DNA of 64,000 nucleotides. Origin: Camelus dromedarius. Taxonomy: Eukaryota. Under the pieces are notes generated by a model. It did not search any database, was not told the DNA's origin, and saw only the letters and a program-made list of their open reading frames with translations. Positions 26,556 to 37,853 of the stretch are shown piece after piece (positions within the stretch are counted from its first letter, which is position 1; every line of letters begins with the position of its first letter). The position numbers and the translations under genes are program-made. The stretch covers positions 87,980,001 to 88,044,000 of the forward strand of contig NC_087436.1 of the NCBI RefSeq assembly GCF_036321535.1, read 5' to 3'.

Positions 26556-27708
26556 TTTATGCCTTTCTTACTCTGCCTTCACCAGCAATCAGTAAAAGGG
26601 TAACAACTGAGTTTAAGGTCACTCGAGCAGGGATTTTCTGATTTTGTTCACGGATATGTGTAGTGCTAGCAGATAGGAGGCACTGAATATATGTTGAATT
26701 GCTATCAGTAGAAAGAGAAGGGTTTTTCTGAAGGACAAGAAAATAATTTGCCATTTGATTTTCCAGGAAAGTAACCATATTATACTGATCATATAACAGC
26801 TCATGTTTTTATGAAAAAGGGATGAAAGAATAAAAAATTAAGCTTATTTGGGCAGCTTGTTTTAAATTTAATTTTGTTGGAACATTTACATGTTTTGGAA
26901 GTCAAAGTGACACACTGAGAAGTCTTCACTCCCATCCCTGTTTTCTTACTGTCCTTTATAATTAACCCGTTTTTGCCAATTTCTTATGTATCTTACAGTA
27001 CTTCATAATAAATATTAACAAATAAGAATAGATGATCTTACTTCCCTCTTTCCCTCCCCTTTTGGAAAGCAGAATATAACAACATATATATACCATACCT
27101 TGCTTTTCTGTACCTTGTTTATTTAACTTATTCTGGTGATGTTTGCATAGAACTGCACAGAGTGCTTCTTTATTCATTTCTACAGCTGCATTATATTCCT
27201 TCTTATGGATGTGTCATAAATGATTTTACCAGTTCTCTTAGGTTTTCAGTGTGTTTCAGTTTTACAAAAAATCCCACAATAGTCTTCTGTATACTTTATT
27301 TTGTGAATGTGCAGTTATACCTATAGGAGAATGCCCCAGAAGGAGGGTTGTTGAATAAATGCATTCTTAATTTTGTAGATATTGACACTACCACCAGCAG
27401 TAGAGAGTACTCATTTCTTGGGATGCCTGAGGGTACCTTTTGGAAAAAGGTAGTTCTAAGGTCATTACCCCAAGTCCCATAGTGTATGTATTCTCCAGTA
27501 CTATGGAAAAACTCTTACAGTGATGTACCTTGTGTCACCAAGAAACAGATAATTATGTTTAGATGGTGAGGAAATTCATAATATACTTGAGAAAGATGGT
27601 ATGGGTGGTGAAAAAAAATTTAAATTAGAACCTTTAAAAGACAAATTGTCATTTTCTTGTTTTTTTCTCTCCAGATAGAGTCTTTTCCTATATAGCTGAG
27701 ATTTCTTT

Positions 27709-27826
27709 CTTCCTTCCTTTCTTTTTAAGGTTTATTTATTTATTTTTAGTGGAGATACTGGAGATTGAACCCACGAACTCTTGTATGCTAAGCACGTGCT
27801 GTGCCACTGAGCTATACCCTCCCCCC
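27709..27826 (-). mobile_element. tRNA-derived camelid SINE (vic-1-like)
   Basis: 'ggagatactggagattgaaccca...atgctaagcacgtgctgtgccactgagctataccctcccc'; TSD ag(c/t)tgagatttcttt at 27694-27708 and 27827-27841. Confidence 0.9.
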
Positions 27827-28002
27827 AGTTGAGATTTCTTTATAAGTAAGTTCTTCTTGGCCAAATTCTCAATTATAAAAACTAATTTCAGTGATGATAT
27901 GTTACATAAAAACTGCTAAAATGTTACAACTTTTGTTTCAAAGGTGGCTGTTACTAATAACCAACCATGTTTCTTTTCTCTCTGTCTTTTTTTGTCTTCC
28001 AG

Positions 28003-28180
28003 CCTTTAACACTCCATATTCTGCTTTGTACATGGTGTGAGTCACTACTGCTTTGCCCCAGTGTGCCCACTTGCGTGCCTATAAAGTACAAGCTCCAGAT
28101 TGAAAGAGCTTTTAGATGGATCCTTTCCAAATTTGGTGTCTTTTCTACAAACTCTGTGCCTCAACAACTCTTTCTAAGTG
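28003..28180 (+). other. Candidate internal exon (178 nt) of an unidentified plus-strand host gene
   Basis: Branch-like CTAAT near 27954, ~30-nt polypyrimidine tract ending CCAG (28002), and donor GTG|GTAAGT at 28181; non-repetitive sequence. Coding versus UTR status unknown. Confidence 0.7.
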
Positions 28181-30528
28181 GTAAGTGATACGTACTTTTT
28201 AAAAAGAATGATAGAAATTTGGAAGACAATTTGTATTTGGATTGCCTTCCCCCCTTTTTTTGTACTGCCTTCTCTTTTTACAAGGAAGTAATACCTACTC
28301 TTTTTTTTTTTTTTTTTGGTGGTAATTTAAAAAAATACATCCAAGAATAGCAGTAACATCATGTTTTTGGAGGCTTCAAAACATTTTTCCATATTATATT
28401 CTGGGTATAGCATAATATATAATATTTATAAAGAATAAATATAAAAATGTGTAAACACCTTTATGTGTGTGTACTTTATGTGCTCTGTATTCTATATTCA
28501 TACTTTACAAATAATTTCATTTTCATTTTGAATGAGATACAGGTGGCCTTTATTGATGTCACAAGATTATAGTTCATATTTATTTCATAATTAGAGATTT
28601 TTTTACTCTAAATTTTCTAATAATGATTTAAAGATGTGTATTTATTTACTGCTATAGGTGATTACCACTTTGGTGGTTATTACAGTAAGTGAACTTATAA
28701 AATTGGGCTTACTGAAAGTGGTTTGACTTGAGAAGAAAACTGTTTTGTGGAATGATAAAATTTTGGATTTAAAAAAATTTTGGATTTAAGAAATGAAAGA
28801 GCTATGAAAATAAATATAGAAGAGTAATTTCACTGCTAAATAAACCTTGCATGGTAACTGAGTTGTAAATGTTAGTATTTTATGATTTGTTATTGGGTCT
28901 GTTTTCGTCTTGCCAGAGGCACAGTTTCCAACGTTAGGTCTGTAGTCTAGAATCCCTTATTGTGAGGCTGAGACAGTTTATTCTGATACTGTCTTTTCCT
29001 ACCTGTTTAGGTATTTTGAGTCCATTGGGTCAAGAGCATCTTCTTCCTAGCAAGTGTAAATTATGTGCACACTTAGGGAGTTGATAAGAGAGGTGTGTAA
29101 TGCCAGCTCTTCTTTTTGATAGCACAGCACTTTTCATATTCTAACATTTTTTTGGAAGCATAGGTGCCAGTTAGCCAACACATTTTTTGAACATCTCTGA
29201 GGTTTACTCAGAACACATTTTTTTGGAAGGGTGCAGAGGAGTAATGTTGAGCAGAACAAGTTGCTGAAATGGGAAACCTTTACAATAAAACTATTGAAAT
29301 AAAATATTGAAGACTCATTTTGAGTGTCAGTCAACAAATAGTTACCAAATGCCTGCTATTTATGAATGAGAATATATAAGGACATTTAGCATCATAAAGA
29401 AGTAAGTCACCAAATGGAAACCATGGCGTTAGATGAGGATACAAGACAGGGAGGCCAGGTGACCATGGAATACGTTTTAGCTCTAATCCTTAATTGCATA
29501 GTGTTCTTAAGCACAAGTTAATTAGTCTTAGTAGACCTTGGTTTTCTCATCTATGAAATGAGTGAACTGACTAAATGATTTATAGGGTTTTTTGGTGCTT
29601 TCATACAGCTAACACTTTATGACCATAGTGAATAAATTGATAGATTCTTGTTTTTTTGAGGATACTTTTTTTCCCCCTAACCTATCTGATAGAGATATTT
29701 CTAGACTACTTTCTTTGAATTGTGGCGTTAGACTAAGGTCCTCACTATCAGAATATTTTTCAGTTAATCATTTTTCTTTTGAAGGTAATATCTTTCTTTT
29801 ATTCATTTCCCTTCATTTATTCTTACCCTTCTCTTGACCCTAGGATTGCCCTTCATTTGACTCAGATGTTCCCTTTTTGTCTTTTATATCTTATTAGTGT
29901 CTCTCATCATGTTTCCTTGACCTGTCTAGCATCCATTGTAGTAATATTCCAGGGTCACTATATCTTAGACCAGTGATTCTAATCACTGGGACACTTATTA
30001 AAAAATACAGATTCTAAAATGAACTTGGGAGAATGGCATGCTTGTTTGGCAGGTAGCTGAAACCAACTAGTCAACCAGCATTATTAGTTCTCCAGGACTG
30101 GAGCCTCCAAGTTTCACACCCCATCATGTCTTGCCTTATACCTCATCATCACTTAGAAAAGTTACATTTCTGAGGACTTGGAAAGTCTCTTCTCATGACT
30201 GTACATGTCACACTTTTTGAATCTGTTCTTTGTCTTTATTATGACTTGTAGTTTCTTGGCATTTTCTTGTTTTTATAATTAAGTTAGCTTTTTCCTAGCT
30301 TCATTGGCTTTCTACTCACCCAAACCCCATGATCATATTTGCAGCAGTATCTTATGTTCTGTTGCCTTTTTAACATTCTGAGGAACCTGCCCAAATCTCA
30401 AGCCTAAGTTAATTTGCCATGTATATATATACTTCCTAGTTCTAGCTGCTTGGTGCAGTTGGAAAAGGTCACGTAACTAAGATTGGATCTACTAAGTAGT
30501 CATTTACTTGATCTCTAAACTGGTTCTT

Positions 30529-30800
30529 CCCTTTTTTTTTTTTTTTTAAATAACATTGCCATATTCTCTCATTTCTAGGCCTTTGCTCTAGAATTTCTTT
30601 TTCTTTCACTTACCTAAATCTTACTCATTCATTTTTTTTAAATGAACATTTCATTCTCTCTCTCTCTCTCTCTCTTTTAATGGAAGTACTAGGGGTTGAA
30701 CCTAGGACCTCATGCATGTTAATTTAAGCATGCACTCTACTTCAGTTAAAAAAGAAAAGAAAAAAGCATGCAGTCTACCACTGAGTTACTACCCACCCCC
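30529..30800 (-). mobile_element. Camelid SINE with extra 3' sequence and a nested micro-insertion
   Basis: SINE body about 30675-30800; poly(T) at about 30532-30547; exact 14-bp TSD ctaaactggttctt at 30515-30528 and 30801-30814. Confidence 0.88.
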
Positions 30801-30949
30801 CTAAACTGGTTCTTTTCAAAGTTGGCTTCTTACCCTTCCTTTGGAAGACTTTGTGACAGTCAACTTGCCTTTTTGGGGACTCCCTAACATACTCCCTGAC
30901 CTATTCTTCTTCAGATTTTTTCTGTGTCTGAAGAAGAAATGTTGTACCT

Positions 30950-32700
30950 TATTTTAAAATTTTTATGGTGGAAAATTTAAGACATATACAAAAGTAAACA
31001 GACTAGTGTAATGAATCCTCTTCTGTTCATCACTCAGGTTCAGTATTTATCATGTCATGGCCAAATTGTTTATCTCCCACTGACCTCCTTCCCAGTCCAG
31101 TATTATTTTAAAGAAAATCCTAGACATCATATAATTTATTTGTATTTCAATATGTACCCTTAAGTATAAGACCCTTTAAAAAATAAAATCACAATACCTT
31201 TATTTGCCTCAAGAAAACAATTCCAGTATAATCAACTCTCCAGTCAGTGTTAATTCTAATTCTCTCATGCATTTTAAAAACAGCTGACTTCATTAGATCA
31301 GGATCTAAATAAGCCCTACCCTCGTTGCAATAGGCTGATTTTTTTTTTCCTCTCTTAAAATTTCGACCTCCCCTCCCTTTTTTGTCCTTGAAATTTATTT
31401 GTTGAACAAATTGGGTCTTTGTCTTGTAGATGCAGATGTTCCTAATTACATCCCTGTGAAGTGATTAAACATACTCTTTTGACCGTTGTATTTCCTGTTC
31501 ATTGGTAGTTGGATCCAGAGACTTGTTCAGATTCAGGTTCAAATTCTCTTGGCAAGTCTTTGTCTTTTGGCAAGTGTCCGTCTGGTGCACACGATGCCTA
31601 GTTGTCTATCTGCTGATTAGTTGCTGTTTGTGCTTAATGCTTTAGATCAGGGGTTGGTGAAATTTTTCCTGTAAGGAGGCTGGTGTTGTATGTTTTAGGC
31701 CTTGTGGGCCATCTGATAGCCTCTGCTGCAACTGCTAAACACTGCTGTTCTCATGGGAAAGCTGCCATAGACAAAATGTAGATTAATGGCCATGTCTGTG
31801 TTCCAGTAAAACTTTATTTACAAAAGTTGGTGATGGACACCCTATTTGAGGTCTGTTAAATCGTTATGGTTTGCAAAATGGTGATATTTTAATATTATAG
31901 CTTTACTGTTCATTTATTAGGTGGAATGCTCTATGAAGAGAAGCTGTCCTCGTGCACTGTTTGTTATGTCGCAGTACAGTTATAGGGAAGGTTGGACAAA
32001 AGCTTGATCGTTTCCCTTGGCTTACCAGTTTCAAAATAATGACTTGATTATATTAGCTTTCTCTGACAGTGCTAATTAGGGTCTTGCCTTCTCCAGATTC
32101 ATTATAGACTCTTAGATTTTAACACGTTGGATTAAAAAAAAAATCATTATGGTAATTATCCTCATTGATGCTTAGATTATGTAATCTTTGGCCAGTGGGA
32201 GACTTTTAAAGTTGCTTCCTGAGTTATTTTGACAAGACTCTGGCACTTTTTGATAGTGTCTTGATTATCTAGTGTGACAGGAGTTCCAGGCTCATCATAT
32301 ACTTTGCCTCCCCACACCTCATGCCAGCGGATTCTCCAAGGAGCCCTGATTCCTTTATAGGGGAATGGAATTTCAAGACCACAGTTTGGGCCCTAGGGGC
32401 TCTCATTGCTGGTGGACTGACCATTGTTTCTAGGCCTTTTCAGTAGTCAGAACTTGGGAAAAAAACTTTTTTTAGAGAGAGCACCTCATGAATTCTTATT
32501 GATACTTCCAACTCAGTTTAAATACTATAAGATTTTTGCTTAATCTTTTTTATCTTACATCTGTATCTTTGGCTCACCTGAGAGTCCTGGTGCTCAGTGA
32601 TACTAAGAATAATACAATGAGAATATTTCATGCATACTCATTTACAGTACCCCCGTTATATACGACAGTCTCAGAAGAGCGATACTAGTGTTAAAGTTTT
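30950..32700 (-). mobile_element. Old L1 (L1ME/L1MC-like) 3' region
   Basis: 'ttatggtggaaaatttaagacatatacaaaagtaaacagactagtgtaatgaa', 'ttctccaaggagccctgattcct' and similar L1M 3' phrases. Confidence 0.65.
31648..31845. mobile_element. MER58A-like hAT-Charlie MITE
   Basis: 'cagggggttggtgaaatttttcctgtaagg'-like start and 'tgtgttccagtaaaactttatttacaaaa' internal signature. Confidence 0.8.
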
Positions 32701-33029
32701 ATTTCTGCCTTCTTTTGCCTCACATTATGTCTCTGAGATTTGTCCATGTTGTTGTATGAAACAGTAGTCCCCGCTGCCCCCCACTGCTGTGTAGTAAGTA
32801 TTCCATTGTGTGAAATACCACAGTTTATTTATTTTTTCTCCAGTTAATGGATAGTTGAGTTGCTTCTAGTTTGGGGCTATTGGGAATCAAGTTGCTATGA
32901 ACACTCTTTTAAGTGTCTTTTGGTCAGCATATGCACTTTTTTTCTCTTGGCTGTCTACCCAAAGATGGAATTGGCAATTCTTTTTTGGACTTAGGGCACA
33001 TTTCCCTAGGAATGTTTATTCAAAGTTCT

Positions 33030-33495
33030 GTATGTATGAGTTATATATTGCTGTGTTATAAATCACCCCAAAACTCAGTGGCTTAAATAACAAATATTAT
33101 TATCTCATTTATTGTCACTGTCTGTGGGGGGCAGCTTAACTGGGTGCCTCTAGCTCAAGGTCCCTCCTAAAGCTGCAGTCAAGTATTAGCTGGGGCCGTA
33201 TACATCCCAAGGCTCAACTGGAGACTTACACCAGTAGCACACCACCCTCCCTGCCAACTCCATCCCCTTTTGGCCTCAGACTAAGAGTTATACCATCAGC
33301 TCCCCTGGCTGTCAGGCCTTTAGCCTCATACTGAATTTTATCACTGGTTTTCCTGGTTCTCCAGCTTGCAGATGGCATGTCGTGGGACTTCGCAGCCTCT
33401 GTAACTGTGTGAACCAATTCCCATAGTAAATCTTATATATCTATTTTTATCCAATTGGTTTTGTTTTTCTGTAGTTGTTGAACCCTCACACACTC
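33030..33495. mobile_element. Adjacent LTR fragments: MLT1 (about 33030-33225) and MLT2/ERVL (about 33226-33495)
   Basis: MLT1 'aaatcaccccaaaactcagtggcttaaa'; MLT2 'ctggttctccagcttgcagatggcatgtcgtgggacttcgcagcctc...aaccaattcccata'. Confidence 0.8.
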
Positions 33496-33782
33496 CCTCA
33501 TTGTAGAAAAATGAAAACCCACCTGAAATTGAAGCCTTTATCATTTTCTTTAAGCTTCAAGGTCTGCTCCTGTGACACTGTTTTTCTTTCGGCAGCCAAA
33601 ACTGATACTTCTCCACCTCTTTTCTTTAACTCATCTTCATCTTCTGTCATGACATCTCTGCCTCTTGAACACTTTCTCCCTCTCTTTTTTTTCCCTTTTC
33701 CCTAAATTCTCCATTCAAATCCTAACTATTCTCCTAATCTTCTTAAATACCGTCAGTCAGATTGACTTTTAATCTTTGCTTC

Positions 33783-33861
33783 TGTTTTTTTTTAAATGGA
33801 GGTACTGGTGATTGAAACTGAATGCTTAGCATGTATTCTGCCACTGAGCCATACCCTCCCC
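33783..33861 (-). mobile_element. Short, internally deleted camelid SINE
   Basis: 'ttttaaatggaggtactggtgattgaa...agcatgtattctgccactgagccataccctcccc'. Confidence 0.8.
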
Positions 33862-36800
33862 ACCACCTAACCTTTGTCGATCTGTCAGTTCTGAGATTCA
33901 TCATAGTCTGCGTTGTATTAGAAATATTCTTGTATTTATTTGGAGTGCAAAGAATTGTGTATATTTCATTTTTGTAACTGACAAGAACTCAACAGATGTT
34001 TATTGAATTGAATTGTATGAGATTAAGGAGCATTCCATATGCTAGATCCCTCACCGAAATCTTTTGTAAAGGAGACAGGTCTCAAGTACAAGTTTATTAA
34101 TATCTTGTGTTGAACCTTCAGGGAGAGACCTCATTCAGAGACAGTAAAATCTGACTTGCCTTTTGAAACAGTCTTTATTTTACAGTTCAGTGAACATTAG
34201 ATGATACTTAAGCTTTCTACACTAGTTTGACAAAAATATGCTTATATGACAATATCAAGAGAGTTCTTAGGACTTACTGGGGATAGTGGCATATTTGGAG
34301 CATTAATATTCAATTTCCATGGTGGCAGAGAGTGGCCAATAAAATCATGACTATGTAGCATATCTAAATGTACCTCTGCTTTTACCTGTGTTATCTTGCG
34401 GACTAATTGTCCACTTGGCCGTCTTCTGACCGGATATCTGGCTAGGTTAAAGGTAGTGGTCTGCATGTTGACTAAGTTTAATATACTTGATCCTCATATG
34501 TGATTCTCTTTGTGTATTGGGCCAGCCAGCATGTTTCTTTTGTGAAGAGAAGGATACTATCATTACTGCCTATACACTTGCAAAATGATTTTTATGTACT
34601 CCATCTTTTAAAATTCTAACAGGTTTTCTTCTCTCTTCTCTAATTTTCTCCCTCCTTCCCTTGCTCCCTTTCTTCTATAAATGAAGTTAAGTCACTTTGA
34701 CTAAGTTAATATAGCTTAGTATTGTGTACCTGTACTGCATACATTGTGCTGCCTTCTTAAATCAGGTCATTTCTCTGAAATTATCATGGAAATGGGGTTT
34801 ATACAGATTTGTCTTACATGTGACTTTTTGGATATTAATCTAACTGTTAAGTCTCTTTGGATCACCTCTTGAATCAAATGACTCTTTTTTGTCTTCTAAT
34901 ACATATTGAGGCAATAAAAGGGTTGGAAGATTATACTAATTTTGGTTCCATACTAAATGGGATTCAATTTTGTCATTGGAAATGCAGTAGAAACTAAATC
35001 TTTTAAACCTATTTTTAAATTAAATTTCCTAAAGTCACATTTCAAATTTTTGGTGTTTCAGCAATATTAACTAATGAGAAGTATTTTGGTTGTATTATTT
35101 TAAGGTAAAAATATCTTAATGGAAATTTTAAATGAGCTTGCTTAAGATTGAATTAGGACATTAAGCCTTAGTTTCTGGAATATGATATTTTTTGAAATCA
35201 CTTTGAACTATTAACTAGGGCAGGTGCTTATAGATAAGAATCAAATGATCATTTTGGTACTGTGATCTTCAATCATAATGCATTTAGTTCTATGTGATAA
35301 AAGCTTTTATTTTTAAAACTGAGTACCTATAAAACAAAAAATGTTTCATGTAGCTCATGGTTTGACAGGTTTATGAAAGGCTTGAAAGACAAAATTGTCC
35401 TAAGTGAAATATTGCATTCCATGTAGGATTTATGTAACTAGTAAGTGAGGGTGAAAAACCTGATGAGGTGGGAGAAATGACTCAATTCCTTACTTTGCAT
35501 TCTCCACATCTTATTTCCTCTCGTTTTAAATCCTACACGAATATTACAGCTTTAAATATAATCACATCATTAATTCAAAATTCTGATATATTAAAAGATA
35601 AGATTGTTTTGCGATAGATCCATTTGTACATATTGGAACTTTATAGAAAACTGTCCCCTGTGACAGTTTAGGGATGGCCCAAGTGCTGGATGAGTCACAT
35701 CACACTACAGATTCCATAAGGTTTATGTCTTATTCAGTGTTTGTGTCCGTCACTACCTAGTTTGATATACAGGTGGGCTCAGTGAAGGTGGTAGAATTAC
35801 GTCTGTTTTCATATATTATACTGTATCTGGTGTTAGGTTTCTAGAAAGGTTAAATTTTTTTTTCTTTTTTGCCTGTTTGCTTTACTCTGATACATCTTCT
35901 AGTTAGTATTTACATCTAGCCTTAATATGGTTTTAACATATATCAAAATTCTTAATAATAAGAACATAACCTGAATTGGGAAGTTGGTCTAGAGTTCACT
36001 TTCAAAAGGCACAATTCCAATGACCCTGAGTCTACTAAACTGAGCCAGGGATCAAAAATTTTCTCAACATAAAGCAAGAATAAAGGAAAAGAGGCATGCA
36101 GAGATCCAGGAGAAAAGGAATGATTTAAGTGGAATGGAGGAAAGTTTCAATTAAACCACGGATATGGCAACTGATACTTGCATACTTGGTCAGATTTTTC
36201 CCCATATTGTAAAAACTGCAGTCACAGAATTTTGCAGCTGATTGAATTATCACTGTTTAAACTGAGAGCATGCATCTTTGGGAAACATATTTTAGATGAA
36301 AGATTAAGAATTCTAGCTGAAATGGGGGAATATCACTTTATAAAATTGTTCTTGGACTTTTAACAGTGAGAACAGAAGAGGATTGAATTAGTCTAAAATA
36401 AGCATCTTTATGATTTGTTAGCCATAATATGATTTTTCTTTTTTCCCTCCTATTTTTTTACTTTTGATAAGGCAAATTTATCCTTTCTTCACGAAATACT
36501 TAAGTTGTGCGTTAATTATGCTTAGTTACCCTTTTTTGAGAGGTCTCTTGCTTTTGTTCTGAGGTTCAAAATCAATATAAAAACATTAAAATCATAATTG
36601 CATTTTAATTTGAGAACTTTATCTTGTAACTCTGTATAACAGCTTACTCTTTTAAAATATAAAAATCCAGATGTGTAGTATTTCTCAGTTTATTTACTAG
36701 CCTTGTCAGTTTCCACAGCTGCAAAGTTGAACACTTACAGAAATTATGGTTGGTTTGGGTTAAAATGAAGTCACGTGTGTAAAGCACCTAACCTAGTTTT

Positions 36801-36920
36801 TCACACATAGTAGGCCCTCAGTACTTAGTAGTGGTTGTTTTTATTCTTATTGGGCACTTAATTTGGATTTCTAGGGCCCCATTTCGTAGGGTGCAATGAA
36901 TCAGTTCTGAATTCTACCCT

Positions 36921-37853
36921 CCCATATTTGTACTTTGTTTAGACTGACTTAGCCATTGTGAAGAATAAAGCCTGTTGGTGGGGTGGGGCTTTTTGACTTT
37001 TGTGTGCGAGTCCTTTTAGAATTACTGGATGTACTGGAATGTGAAGGATTAAGCTTTGTGGCATGTTCTATATGGTCATCCATTGTGACCAAACTGATTT
37101 GGAATGTTGTTTTGTTACTAACTTTGAAATGTGTTATTTTCTTTACAGAGAATGTTGATCTGAATAAATTGCTGATTCTTGATAAATATCTAGAGTGAGA
37201 GGAACTGTCAATCAGTGTAAACCTTATCCCACACAATACGTTCTTTCATAAACATGGGGAGGAGGCGATCACAGGATAACCACTTGCGGGCTAAAGCCAG
37301 GCGCTGCTGTGCAATTAAGAGGGTCTGTGATAGCATCCAACTTTGGAGCCTGTCACAATGAGGAGTCATGGCCCAGAGGTCTGCAGTGAAACCATCATAT
37401 TTTCTGAGCCTTAATATGTTACTTAAATGGGTCTTTTATCAACAGCGAGCCAGCTCCTCAAAGAAAGGCAAAAGCCATTCATGTAGTTGTGGGTTATAGA
37501 GCCAGTTAGTCCCTGGCAATGGAGGCTAAGAGCACAGCTTCTTTGGAGAGGTCTTTCCTATCCCTTCCTCCCTTGTACTCACTCAGTTGTAGCTTGAACG
37601 TATTAAGGTAACTTCCCTCAAAGTATCTAAAAAAGGGTTGTCCCATGTGTCTTTCTTGCAGCTGGTCTATAAGCTCCTGGTTGGTGGTGTTAATGCCACT
37701 TTGTACGGATTCCGGGAGTTCAGGGTTGATTCTCAGTCCGTGTTAAGTGTGTGTCTCCCTGTGGCTTGTGAAGGCTCCTCAACATTAGCTGGCCCAGTTG
37801 TATTGTTCCGACGTCATCGCTAATTCTTTTCCTGGAAAACCTGTAGGGAGGCT
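36921..37853 (-). other. Orphan insertion flanked by direct repeats, carrying a decayed ~300-codon reading frame (candidate endogenous viral element)
   Basis: Exact 11-bp direct repeat aattctaccct at 36910-36920 and 37854-37864; interior is GC-richer than the flanks; consecutive long open minus-strand segments tile the interior. Identity of the protein is inferred only. Confidence 0.55.

Noticed and set aside
37200..37800. Parvovirus NS1/Rep or L1-clade ORF2 C-terminus as the source of the orphan ORF
   Set aside because: Only vague similarities; no SF3 helicase Walker A (GPxxTGKT) in any minus frame and no properly spaced CCHC motif. Not excluded without a profile search.
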